Assembly (NCBI GenBank): GCA_902613615.1
Contig: CACMHQ010000001.1
Coordinates: 204,567 to 268,566 of the forward strand
Direction: 5' to 3'
Origin: an uncultured Candidatus Actinomarina sp.
Lineage (GTDB): Bacteria; Actinomycetota; Acidimicrobiia; Actinomarinales; Actinomarinaceae
Length of the DNA: 64,000 nucleotides
Each line of letters begins with the position of its first letter. Positions within the stretch are counted from its first letter, which is position 1. The position numbers and the translations under genes are program-made. The notes beneath the pieces are model-generated. The model did not search any database. It was not told where the DNA came from and saw only the letters and a program-made list of their open reading frames with translations. This document shows, piece after piece, positions 19,060 to 27,971 of this stretch.

Positions 19060-19521
19060 TTATAAGTCGTTTGGAACGTATCCATATTCTCTTGAAAGAA
19101 TATTTCCATCTGTATCAATAATTAAAGAAATTGGTTGACCAATAATTTTTAAATCATCTCTCATTTCAGATGTAGAAAAACCAATTGTGATTTCGCCTTT
19201 TAGATTTTCTGAAACCCAAGTCATAGTGGAATCTACATCACTATGGGCTAATGCGATTACATCATAGTTTTGGCTAACTGCTGCTAGATTAGCTTCTAAG
19301 AGAGGCAACTCCTCTCTACAAATTCCTCAATAATCAGCCCAGAAAACAACAAGTGTTTTCTTATTAGTTAGGTCTTCGTTTACTAAATTTCCATTTGCAT
19401 CTTCATATACAAGTTGTTCAATTGATGATGCCGCTGCACTTTGTGTTGGTTCATCTGTGGCAGAATCAGATCCTGACGAACAAAAAGATAGTAAAAGTAA
19501 AAGTATGAATGCTTTTCTCAT
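19060..19521 (-). CDS. TlpA/ResA-like thioredoxin-fold lipoprotein with one in-frame TGA at the first active-site Cys position (candidate Sec codon; alternatively a nonsense pseudogene)
   Basis: ORFs 19327..19521 and 19060..19308 share one frame. Read-through gives VVFWADY-[TGA]-GICREELPLLEANL, matching the WxxWCxxCxxElP redoxin motif. The N-terminus has the lipobox LLLSFCSSG. Confidence 0.55.
19299..19317 (-). other. SECIS-like stem-loop 9 nt downstream of the in-frame UGA
   Basis: mRNA AGAGAGG-AGUUG-CCUCUCU forms a perfect 7-bp stem. The apical loop contains G/U and starts 16 nt after the UGA at 19329-19327. Confidence 0.4.
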
Positions 19522-19568
19522 ACATTTATCATAGTTATATTTAAATTAAACATTGCTAACCTAAAAAT

Positions 19569-20777
19569 ATGAAAATTGGTTTCTTAACAATTGGTACGGA
19601 AATACTACTAGGGGATACAGTCAATACAAACCTAACGAACCTTGGTAAACGCTTATATGAAAATGGATTTAAATTAGATAAAGATATTACAATTTCAGAT
19701 CAGCAAGATGAAATTCATAATGCACTTAATTTTTTACTTAAAGATTGTGATGTTGTTATCACTTCAGGAGGTCTTGGTCCAACAGAAGATGATATAACAA
19801 AGGAAACAATTTCTGAATCTTTATCAATGGAACTTGAGCTAGATAATGATCATCTAGAGTGGATGAAAGAACGTTGGAAAGCTCGTGGGTTAATTATGCC
19901 TGATACAAATATAAAGCAAGCTTATATTCCAATTGGAAGTGAAAAACTCACCAACACTCAGGGAACAGCACCTGGTATAAAAATTAATCATGATAATAAA
20001 TTCATTTTTATCTTTCCAGGACCGCCAAGAGAATTTATACCTCTTGTTGAGGATGAGTTGATCCCTTTTCTAAGTAAAAATTATGAAAAAGAAAATACAG
20101 AATATCAATTTGTTATGTTTTTCAATCAAGCAGAATCATCATTGGCTGCTGAAATAAATAAATTTAAACCAGAAGGATTAGATATTGCTTATCTTGCAAG
20201 TAAAGGGATCATTAAATTACGATTTGATAAAAACTCTGTCTCAAATGATCAATCTGATATGTTTCTGCAAAAAATAGATGAAACGTTTGAAGATGATATT
20301 TTATCTTACGAAAATATAACAGTCGAAAAAGTACTTGGAAATTTAATTACTGATTCAAAGCTTCAAATCTCTTTTGTTGAAAGCATCACTGGGGGTTTGA
20401 TTTCCTCATTGCTTGTTAAGAATCCAGGGATAAGTAAATATTTTATTGGATCTGACATTGTTTATACAAATGAGTCAAAAAAAATATTATTAAACGATGA
20501 AAATATTAATTTTGAAGATTGGGAAGAGTTAACGTATAACCTAACCGAATCCTCATTAAATAAATATAAATCTAATATAGCTCTTACAATTTTAGGAGAG
20601 GCAGGACCAATATCATCTAGTCAATATCCTGTAGGAACAATCTTTATTTGTATTTCAAATGGAAAGAAAACATTTATTTCAGACCATAAAATGAATGGAA
20701 ATAGAGCCGAAATCTTAGAAAGAGCAGCAAATAAAGCTCAATGGGAATTGATTAAATTCATAAAAAACTTGTATTAG
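19569..20777 (+). CDS. cinA: CinA-family competence/damage-inducible protein (NMN amidohydrolase)
   Basis: MoCF-type N-terminus (GTEILLGDTVNTN) plus a CinA C-terminal domain (ESITGG). Sits in the classic position upstream of recA. Confidence 0.85.
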   Translation: MKIGFLTIGTEILLGDTVNTNLTNLGKRLYENGFKLDKDITISDQQDEIHNALNFLLKDCDVVITSGGLGPTEDDITKETISESLSMELELDNDHLEWMKERWKARGLIMPDTNIKQAYIPIGSEKLTNTQGTAPGIKINHDNKFIFIFPGPPREFIPLVEDELIPFLSKNYEKENTEYQFVMFFNQAESSLAAEINKFKPEGLDIAYLASKGIIKLRFDKNSVSNDQSDMFLQKIDETFEDDILSYENITVEKVLGNLITDSKLQISFVESITGGLISSLLVKNPGISKYFIGSDIVYTNESKKILLNDENINFEDWEELTYNLTESSLNKYKSNIALTILGEAGPISSSQYPVGTIFICISNGKKTFISDHKMNGNRAEILERAANKAQWELIKFIKNLY

Positions 20778-20790
20778 AACAAATGTTCTA
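20775..20790. promoter_or_regulatory. LexA (SOS/Cheo-type) box TAGAACAAATGTTCTA upstream of recA
   Basis: Perfect GAAC-N4-GTTC with palindromic flanks, 62 bp upstream of the recA ATG. Overlaps the cinA TAG stop. Confidence 0.75.
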
Positions 20791-20851
20791 GTAAAATTGT
20801 CTTACTTAGATGTTTTAATATAAATTAATTATTGTTAATTAAGGAGAAAAA

Positions 20852-21922
20852 ATGGATAAAGACAGGGCAAAAAAACTAGATACAGTTTTTGATCAAATAG
20901 AAAAACAATTCGGTGAAGGCTCGTTAATGAAGCTTGGTGCCGATAACATCAAAAAAATACCAGCTATTTCGACAGGAGCACTCTCAATTGATTTAGCTTT
21001 AGGTATCGGCGGAGTTCCAAAAGGTAGAGTTATTGAAATTTATGGACCTGAAGCTTCAGGTAAAACAACATTATCTCTCCATGTTGCAGCTGAAGCACAG
21101 AAAGCAGGGGGTGTGGCAGCATTTATTGATGCTGAACATGCTCTTGATCCGGTATATGCGAGAGCATTAGGTGTTGATGTTGATGAACTACTTGTTTCTC
21201 AGCCAGATACTGGTGAACAAGCGCTTGAAATTGCAGACATGTTAATTCAATCTGGAGGTGTAGATTTAGTAGTCATTGACTCTGTTGCAGCATTAGTTCC
21301 AAAAGCTGAGATTGAAGGCGAAATGGGAGACACTCATGTTGGTCTCCAGGCTCGATTGATGTCTCAAGCTTTGCGTAAATTAACTGGTTCAATCAATAAA
21401 TCTGGTACAACTGTGATCTTTATTAATCAAATCCGTGAAAAAATTGGTGTTATGTGGGGATCTCCTGAAACAACCAGTGGTGGTAGAGCTCTTAAATTCT
21501 ACTCATCTGTAAGGATTGATGTAAGAAGAATAGAAACGTTAAAGGTTGGACCAGAACAAATAGGAAACCGAGTAAGAGCCAAGATAGTTAAAAATAAAGT
21601 CGCTCCACCATTTAAGGAAGCAGAGTTTGATATTATGTTTGGCCAAGGTATATCCAGAGAAGGTAGCCTTTTAGATGTTGCAGTTGAGCACGGTATTGCT
21701 AGAAAAGCAGGAGCTTGGTTTACATATGATGAAGTACAACTTGGTCAAGGTAAAGAGAATTCTAAGCGTTTTTTAAGAGAGAATCCTGACCTTGCTTTAC
21801 AGCTAGAAACAGATGTCTATAAAGCTGTAGGTCTTATTGAATCAGATGAAGTTGAGGTTGTAGAAGATGAAACAACTGAAAATGAAGATGAATCTGCTAA
21901 AGAGACTAAAAACAAAAAATAA
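20852..21922 (+). CDS. recA: recombinase RecA
   Basis: Walker [22 protein letters not shown] and [21 protein letters not shown] 5 nt upstream. Confidence 0.97.
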   Translation: MDKDRAKKLDTVFDQIEKQFGEGSLMKLGADNIKKIPAISTGALSIDLALGIGGVPKGRVIEIYGPEASGKTTLSLHVAAEAQKAGGVAAFIDAEHALDPVYARALGVDVDELLVSQPDTGEQALEIADMLIQSGGVDLVVIDSVAALVPKAEIEGEMGDTHVGLQARLMSQALRKLTGSINKSGTTVIFINQIREKIGVMWGSPETTSGGRALKFYSSVRIDVRRIETLKVGPEQIGNRVRAKIVKNKVAPPFKEAEFDIMFGQGISREGSLLDVAVEHGIARKAGAWFTYDEVQLGQGKENSKRFLRENPDLALQLETDVYKAVGLIESDEVEVVEDETTENEDESAKETKNKK

Positions 21923-21958
21923 CTTAATTTTCCTTATAATTTTTTTATAATTTGTTAT

Positions 21959-23332
21959 GTGAAAACTTCTATACATATAGAAAATAAAATCAGACCAAAA
22001 GCATCTAGGAATGGTCTTAAATATCATATAAAAACTTTTGGTTGTCAGATGAATGAGCATGACTCAGAAAAAATAGCTGGAATATTTAACAATGATGGTA
22101 TGACAAAATCTGATGATATTGATAATGCTGATGTACTTTTTGTTAATACATGCACAATCAGAGAAAATGCGGATGATAAATTATATGGAACATTAGGTCA
22201 TTTAAAAAAATGGAAATCACTTGCACCAAATAGACGATTACTTGTTGGTGGTTGCGCAGCGCAAAAAGATAAAGAATTAGTTCGAGAAAGAGCACCTTGG
22301 GTAGACGTTGTTATTGGAACACACAATACGACAGACATTATTAATTTACTCAACCAAGCAGAAGACTGGGGTCCGATTACAGAGATTATTGAAGAAACAA
22401 CAAATATTGAAACAGAAATCGCCGCTATAAGAGAGTCAAGTGTCAGTGCCTTTGTTACAATTCAAATTGGTTGCAACAACAGTTGTACATTTTGTATCGT
22501 ACCTTCTGTAAGAGGTGTAGAGATAAGTCGAAGACCCTCAGACATTATCAATGAAATTAAAAGTCTTGCTCATGATGGAGTTAAAGAAATAACATTGCTT
22601 GGTCAAAATGTAAATTCTTACGGTAGAGATTTAATGATCAATAATAGGAGAAAACCATATTTCACTGAACTTCTTTACAAAATTCACGATATTGAAGGTA
22701 TTGAACGTATTAGATTTACATCACCACATCCCAAAGATTTTAAAATAGAAACATTAAAAGCCGTTGCAGAATTACCAAAAGTAGCGAATCAAATTCATAT
22801 TCCACTTCAAAGTGGTAGTAATAAAATATTATCTTCAATGCATAGAGGTTATAACCAAAAGAGATTCCTTGAAAAAATAGATTTAATTAAATCATTAATT
22901 CCTAATGTCTCCATATCATCTGATATTATTGTTGGCTTTCCTGGTGAAAGCGAGGACGACTTTCAACAAACAATGGATGTAGTTAATTACGCTGAATTTG
23001 ATTTGATCTATATGTTTAAATTTTCACCTAGACCTGGAACAGTTGCATCCGATTATGTCGATAAATTTGTTGAAAAAGACCTTATTGATGATAGATTTAT
23101 GAGATTAAAAGTTAGACAAACTGAAATCAGCGAAAAAAGGTATAAAAGATACCAAAATACGAAACAAACGATGCTTGTAGAGAAAGTTTCAAAAAAAGAT
23201 AATAATATTTTGACTGGTCGTATTGAAGGTGGTCACATAGTACATTTGGAATCTAGTAATGAAAATATTGGGAAACTTTTAAATGTGAACATATATGATT
23301 CCACACCTTTTTTCTTGAAAGCCACTTTGTAA
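21959..23332 (+). CDS. miaB: tRNA-i6A37 methylthiotransferase MiaB
   Basis: IKTFGCQMN N-terminal cluster, radical-SAM CNNSCTFCIVP, and a TRAM-like C-terminus. The GTG start is uncertain. Confidence 0.9.
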   Translation: MKTSIHIENKIRPKASRNGLKYHIKTFGCQMNEHDSEKIAGIFNNDGMTKSDDIDNADVLFVNTCTIRENADDKLYGTLGHLKKWKSLAPNRRLLVGGCAAQKDKELVRERAPWVDVVIGTHNTTDIINLLNQAEDWGPITEIIEETTNIETEIAAIRESSVSAFVTIQIGCNNSCTFCIVPSVRGVEISRRPSDIINEIKSLAHDGVKEITLLGQNVNSYGRDLMINNRRKPYFTELLYKIHDIEGIERIRFTSPHPKDFKIETLKAVAELPKVANQIHIPLQSGSNKILSSMHRGYNQKRFLEKIDLIKSLIPNVSISSDIIVGFPGESEDDFQQTMDVVNYAEFDLIYMFKFSPRPGTVASDYVDKFVEKDLIDDRFMRLKVRQTEISEKRYKRYQNTKQTMLVEKVSKKDNNILTGRIEGGHIVHLESSNENIGKLLNVNIYDSTPFFLKATL

Positions 23333-23334
23333 TC

Positions 23335-24162
23335 TTGCTTTATTTTCTTACAGGGATTACTGCATCAGGAAAATCAAGACTTGCTCACGAACTTGCTATC
23401 GAAAGAAGCTTTGATATAATTTCTCTTGATTCAATGGCAGTTTACAAAGGATTGGATATTCTTACTGCTAAACCAAATGATGTAATGAGATCACAGGTTT
23501 TATATTACGGTCTTGATATAGCTGAACCTGATCAAAATTTTTCTGTAGTAGATTATCTTAATTACTTAATCGAGATGGAAATTCCAGAAAAATCATTTAA
23601 AAAAGATTATCTAGTTGTTGGTGGTACCGGTTTATATTTTCGTTCACTAATTAATAGTTTTGAGTTTAGACCTACTGATCCAGCTATACGATCTGAATTA
23701 GAACAATTGAATGTTGATCAATTACTAAAGTTCCATGAAATGTATGAAATTAAAACACCTGATGTTGAAATTAATAAAAGAAGACTTATACGTAATATAG
23801 AAGATTCAATTTTAGAAGATGTAAAGTATGTTTTCCCACCAATAAACATTCCAGAAAATATTGTTGGGATATTTTGGAATCATCCTGATTATAAAAACAG
23901 AATTAGTAAGCGTACCGATGAAATGATACAACAGGGTGTCATAGATGAGATGAATGCTATTTCTAATCCTTCTAAAACTGTATTACAAGCTATAGGAATG
24001 AATTTAAGTAATGACCTTGCTGAAAATATTAATTTAAAAACTAACAGGTTAGCTAAAAAACAACTTACATGGTTTAAACAAGAAGATAGAATAAAAATTG
24101 TTGACACCGATGATGAAAAAGTTATTCGTAAAGAGATGGAAAAGATTATAGATGGTAAATGA
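23335..24162 (+). CDS. miaA: tRNA dimethylallyltransferase MiaA
   Basis: P-loop GITASGKS, SMAVYKGLDILTAKP and VGGTGLYF. Non-ATG (TTG) start. Confidence 0.8.
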   Translation: MLYFLTGITASGKSRLAHELAIERSFDIISLDSMAVYKGLDILTAKPNDVMRSQVLYYGLDIAEPDQNFSVVDYLNYLIEMEIPEKSFKKDYLVVGGTGLYFRSLINSFEFRPTDPAIRSELEQLNVDQLLKFHEMYEIKTPDVEINKRRLIRNIEDSILEDVKYVFPPINIPENIVGIFWNHPDYKNRISKRTDEMIQQGVIDEMNAISNPSKTVLQAIGMNLSNDLAENINLKTNRLAKKQLTWFKQEDRIKIVDTDDEKVIRKEMEKIIDGK

Positions 24163-24883
24163 ATCTTATATGTCAGGAACAGGCAATGATTTTTTATGTA
24201 CTGAGTATGACCGGGACTTGTCAGATATAGAAATTATTTCGATTGTAAGTGATTCACTTTTTCCTATTGATGGAGTCATATTGGTAGAGTGTATAGATAA
24301 TTCAACAGTGAAAATGCACTATTTTAATAATGATGGAACTCCTGCTGAACTGTGTGTAAATGGTGTACGTTGTACAGCAAAATATGCAGTAGACAATAAC
24401 TTAGTGAATACTAAAAATTTAATTGTTAAAGCTCCAGTTGGTGATATAAAGGCTTTTGTAGAAAATGATTATGTAAAAATTGAGGCACCTCTTCCTACGA
24501 CTGGTGAGAGTATCGAAATTGATAACTATATATGTACCACTAGTGAAGTTGGAAATCCTCATCTTATGGTTGAAGTAGATGATGTAGAGAAATTTGATCT
24601 CGATAAATTTTCAATAAATGCCAGAAAGCTAGAAGTATTTTCTAATGGTGTAAATATTGAAATCTTTTCAGTTGTTGAACGAAAATTTATTTACGCAAGA
24701 GTAAACGAAAGGGGAGTTGGCGAAACAGATGCTTGTGGATCTGGAGCTTTAGCTTTGTTTACTTATTTAAGAGAAATTAATAAAGTTGATGATGATGCAG
24801 TCGTTTTATATCCTGGTGGAGAACTCGAACTGTCTTATGAAAAAGAAAAGTTGTATCTAAAAGGTGAAGTTACATATCTCTAA
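24152..24883 (+). CDS. dapF: diaminopimelate epimerase
   Basis: GTGNDF, GNPH and the catalytic C in CGSGA and NGVRC. Unusually short at 243 aa. Confidence 0.8.
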   Translation: MVNESYMSGTGNDFLCTEYDRDLSDIEIISIVSDSLFPIDGVILVECIDNSTVKMHYFNNDGTPAELCVNGVRCTAKYAVDNNLVNTKNLIVKAPVGDIKAFVENDYVKIEAPLPTTGESIEIDNYICTTSEVGNPHLMVEVDDVEKFDLDKFSINARKLEVFSNGVNIEIFSVVERKFIYARVNERGVGETDACGSGALALFTYLREINKVDDDAVVLYPGGELELSYEKEKLYLKGEVTYL

Positions 24884-25457
24884 TTAACGAAACAACTTTT
24901 CCTATAGGTTGTATATTTTCATTAACTGGAATTTTTTCATAGTTTTTATTTGCAGGCACTAAATATTGTCTACCCTGAATATTTTTGAGAAATTTAATAG
25001 TACCTTCTGAATTATTTATAAGAAATGCACCTATATCACCATTTTTAATTGGCTCATTTTTATTAATAATAACTAAATCTTTTTCATGAATCCCCTCATC
25101 GATCATCGAATCTCCTGAAACTGATAAAGCAAATAGATCAGATTTTTCATCAGTATCTGGATAATTCACAGTTCCAATAACGTTTTCTTCAGCCATGAGT
25201 AAAGAACCTGCAGCAATTTCTCCTAGTATCGGAATTTTTTTATTTGATAGCTGGTTGTTTACTGTCAATGCACGAGATTTTTTATAGTTTTTTTGGAGTA
25301 ATCCCGATTGGATTAGTTTTTCAAGGTGATATTGGACTGTACTTGTTGATTTAAGACTTACTCCTTCGCAAATTTCTCTTACTGATGGGGCATATCCATT
25401 TTTTTCGATAAATATATTTATAAAATTTAAAATATTTTTTTGTTTTTCAGAAACCAT
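24870..25457 (-). CDS. lexA: SOS repressor LexA
   Basis: Winged-helix N-terminus, cleavage site IAAGS, and the Ser/Lys dyad (SGDSM, TIKFLK). Confidence 0.92.
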   Translation of the reverse strand: MVSEKQKNILNFINIFIEKNGYAPSVREICEGVSLKSTSTVQYHLEKLIQSGLLQKNYKKSRALTVNNQLSNKKIPILGEIAAGSLLMAEENVIGTVNYPDTDEKSDLFALSVSGDSMIDEGIHEKDLVIINKNEPIKNGDIGAFLINNSEGTIKFLKNIQGRQYLVPANKNYEKIPVNENIQPIGKVVSLIRDM

Positions 25458-25467
25458 AATTATATAT

Positions 25468-25483
25468 TAGTACATATGTTCGA
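25468..25483. promoter_or_regulatory. LexA box TAGTACATATGTTCGA in the lexA / LysM-gene divergent region
   Basis: Has a GTAC-N4-GTTC core, and about 11 of 16 positions are identical to the recA box. Lies 11 bp upstream of the lexA start. Confidence 0.6.
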
Positions 25484-25521
25484 GTAAAAAAAGTGTCATA
25501 CACGGTTTTTAATATATTTTT

Positions 25522-25779
25522 ATGAAAGAAAAGTTGATATTATTTACATTTTTGACAATATTTTCACTAATTACAACACCAATAATTAAAAATAATTCCT
25601 TAATTACCCCAACAAACAATCGACTTATTACATATCAGGTCCAGAAAGGTGACTCCCTTTGGGATATAGCTTTAAAGTATGATTCAAATGATATTGAAAA
25701 TTTCTTATTTGAGGCAAAAAAATTAAACAATCTTGATAATTCGACTATTTTTGAAGACCAAATATTAATAATTCCTTAA
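25522..25779 (+). CDS. small membrane-anchored LysM-domain protein (position equivalent to mycobacterial ChiZ)
   Basis: N-terminal TM helix plus LysM (YQVQKGDSLWDIALKY...NL). Divergent from lexA and upstream of nrdR. Confidence 0.7.
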   Translation: MKEKLILFTFLTIFSLITTPIIKNNSLITPTNNRLITYQVQKGDSLWDIALKYDSNDIENFLFEAKKLNNLDNSTIFEDQILIIP

Positions 25780-25813
25780 ATTATTTGTTAGAAATTTTTA
25801 AGATTTCTATAAT

Positions 25814-25829
25814 ACACAATATATGGTAT
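25814..25829. promoter_or_regulatory. NrdR-box-like palindrome ACACAATATATGGTAT overlapping the nrdR start codon
   Basis: 14 of 16 positions match the published NrdR-box consensus acaCwAtATaTwGtgt as I recall it. Only a single copy is present. Confidence 0.3.
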
Positions 25830-26263
25830 GTCCTTTTTGCAACGCAGAAGATACTGCAGTTGTAGATTCAAGAAAAAATGTTGATGGTGACGCTATAAGG
25901 AGGCGTAGACAGTGTTCTGTGTGCAATACAAGGTTCACAACATACGAAAAATCAGAAATTGAACTCATCGTAAAGAAAAGAAATGGTAATTTAGAAGAAT
26001 TTCAGTACGAAAAGCTATTCAGTGGTGTAGAAAATGCTTTTGGAGGACAAGAATTAAGTGATAAAAAATTAAAAAACCTTGTTGAAACTATATATATAGA
26101 TCTAAAGAATCATGGGAAAAAAATTGAAAGCAAAATTATCGGTGAAACTGTTCTTTCACACTTAAAAGACATTAATGAAGTAGCATATCTACGATTTGCA
26201 TCAGTTTATAAGGAATTTTCAGCTGTCTCAGACTTTGAAAAAGAAGCTGCGGAATTAAATTAG
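25823..26263 (+). CDS. nrdR: transcriptional repressor NrdR
   Basis: Zn-ribbon CPFC...CSVC followed by an ATP-cone. Confidence 0.92.
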   Translation: MVCPFCNAEDTAVVDSRKNVDGDAIRRRRQCSVCNTRFTTYEKSEIELIVKKRNGNLEEFQYEKLFSGVENAFGGQELSDKKLKNLVETIYIDLKNHGKKIESKIIGETVLSHLKDINEVAYLRFASVYKEFSAVSDFEKEAAELN

Positions 26264-27321
26264 GGTAAAATTTCTATATTTTCTAATATTTTCGAATAAT
26301 TATCGTTAAAAATCTTTAATGAAGAATTAAAAAAGGCTGTTTCTGTTTCTTTATTTAGTTCGATGGCACTTATTAATGTTAAAGCAACTTCATTTTCGTT
26401 ATTTCTTAAAGATGCAACTAATCGGCCATGAAGGTCTTGAGCTGTAGCTAAAGCAGAATTAACGACTTCTTTATGATCTCTAAATTCTTCTAGATCAGGT
26501 AATGTCTCACCATTTAAATTACTTTTTGCACCAATTAATGACAATTCAGTGGCAAGTGTATCGATATTTGTATCTTCATCTATTTGAAGAATATCATCGT
26601 AAATAAGGATTTCTGAATGCATAATTCTATAAGTAAATAATTGATCGAGCTTATTAACAATATCAAAAAGTGTATCTAATGATGCAGAGACAGTTTCTGA
26701 GTCTGGAATATCTCTATTTTCTAAATTTTCTTGATATTGCAGTAAGGAAGTTTCAATAATCTGTAAATTTGCGCTGGCATTTGATACGTCATAACGGGAA
26801 TAAAAAGGATTAGTTGCAACATCTAATAATTGAGGGATTTGACCAATATTATTATTCGTATTCTCTGTAATTGAAACAGCAATAGTTTCATTTTGAATAT
26901 TATTATTTCGCATATTAATAAAAAACACTGATACAAAACTTATGATGCTTATTGTAGCTATTACTAACAGTGTTGGAACAACCCACTGTCTTCTCATTTC
27001 TAAATCTGTCCAAATTTTCTTTATTTGTGAAGTTATGTTTAATGGAACAAACGTCTGAGTGTCTGGATTAGATTCTTCAATTTCAGGTGTATCAAAAATA
27101 TTCTCTTTCGTCGTAACAAGTTCTCGACCTATTTCTATAGATTCAATCTCTTCATCTACGATCTCAAATTCATTGGTAATTCTTAAATTATCCATCTCTT
27201 TAATAATGTCTGGTGTTTGGATAATTGTTGTATCAGCTTCAAAACCGAGTACATCAAGAATTTTGATTTTATTTGAGGATTTCGCTTTCCTTATAAAAAG
27301 ATAATCTCTAATATTCATCAA
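26260..27321 (-). CDS. hypothetical single-pass membrane protein
   Basis: Acidic N-terminal region, one TM helix (VVPTLLVIATISIISFVSVFFI), and a helical C-terminal region. No family recognised. Confidence 0.4.
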   Translation of the reverse strand: MMNIRDYLFIRKAKSSNKIKILDVLGFEADTTIIQTPDIIKEMDNLRITNEFEIVDEEIESIEIGRELVTTKENIFDTPEIEESNPDTQTFVPLNITSQIKKIWTDLEMRRQWVVPTLLVIATISIISFVSVFFINMRNNNIQNETIAVSITENTNNNIGQIPQLLDVATNPFYSRYDVSNASANLQIIETSLLQYQENLENRDIPDSETVSASLDTLFDIVNKLDQLFTYRIMHSEILIYDDILQIDEDTNIDTLATELSLIGAKSNLNGETLPDLEEFRDHKEVVNSALATAQDLHGRLVASLRNNENEVALTLISAIELNKETETAFFNSSLKIFNDNYSKILENIEILP

Positions 27322-27334
27322 TGAAAGGTTACCA

Positions 27335-27772
27335 TTGAATAAAAATATTGAGATAGAAATACAACTTATAAACCCAAATGGAAAAGTACCTTCACAAAAG
27401 TATTCGTCCGATATCGGCTATGACATTAGTGCCTCTGATGACGTCACATTAAAATCTAGTGAAGTCACTCTCGTTAATACTGGAATTGCAATAAATCTTC
27501 CACAACAATGTGCAGGTTTTGTTTTACCACGATCTGGACTCTCAACGAAACATAAAATTACTCTTATAAATAGTCCTGGATTAATTGACCCAGGCTATAC
27601 AGGTGAACTATTAGTGCCATTAATAAATCATGGAGTCAAAGACTACGAGATAAAAGCTGGTGATAGAATTGCTCAACTCGTTCTTGTTAATACACATGGT
27701 GTTGATTTTAAAGTAGTCGATTCATTGCCAGAGACAGATAGATCATCTGGTGGTTTTGGATCCACTGATTAA
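27335..27772 (+). CDS. dut: dUTP diphosphatase
   Basis: GYDI, PRSGL, GLIDPGYTGE and C-terminal RSSGGFGSTD motifs. TTG start. Confidence 0.9.
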   Translation: MNKNIEIEIQLINPNGKVPSQKYSSDIGYDISASDDVTLKSSEVTLVNTGIAINLPQQCAGFVLPRSGLSTKHKITLINSPGLIDPGYTGELLVPLINHGVKDYEIKAGDRIAQLVLVNTHGVDFKVVDSLPETDRSSGGFGSTD

Positions 27773-27815
27773 TTTCTTTTTAAAAAACTCAGATATAAAC
27801 TATCATTAATTTATT

Positions 27816-27888
27816 GCGGAAGTAGCTCAGCTGGTAGAGCGTAACCTTGCCAAGGTTAAGGCCGCGGGTTCGAACCCCGTCTTCCGCT
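27816..27888 (+). tRNA. tRNA-Gly (GCC)
   Basis: Manual cloverleaf: acceptor GCGGAAG/CTTCCGC, anticodon loop TTGCCAA (GCC at 27849-27851), T-loop TTCGAAC. CCA is not encoded. Confidence 0.9.
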
Positions 27889-27891
27889 CAC

Positions 27892-27962
27892 GGCGACGTG
27901 GCGGAGTGGCTACGCAGAGGTCTGCAAAACCTTGTACACCGGTTCGATTCCGGTCGTCGCCT
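27892..27962 (+). tRNA. tRNA-Cys (GCA)
   Basis: Acceptor GGCGACG/CGTCGCC, anticodon loop CTGCAAA (GCA at 27924-27926), T-loop TTCGATT. Lies 3 nt after tRNA-Gly. Confidence 0.9.
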
Positions 27963-27971
27963 CAAATAAAT

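Noticed and set aside
19060-19521. Treating 19327..19521 (64 aa) and 19060..19308 (82 aa) as two separate small genes
   Set aside because: They share one frame. The second ORF only starts at an internal TTG, and together they reconstitute one redoxin domain split exactly at the CxxC motif. A single gene (Sec-recoded or a pseudogene) is the better reading.
25789-25809. Inverted repeat TAGAAAT-N7-ATTTCTA after the LysM gene as a terminator
   Set aside because: The 7-bp all-A/T stem (apart from one G-C pair) has very low stability and no clear T-run. It cannot be distinguished from chance in this composition.
27906-27971. N-terminal 22 aa of ORF 27906..28649 (MATQRSAKPCTPVRFRSSPQIN)
   Set aside because: This stretch is the translation of tRNA-Cys (27892-27962). 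The real start is the ATG at 27972.
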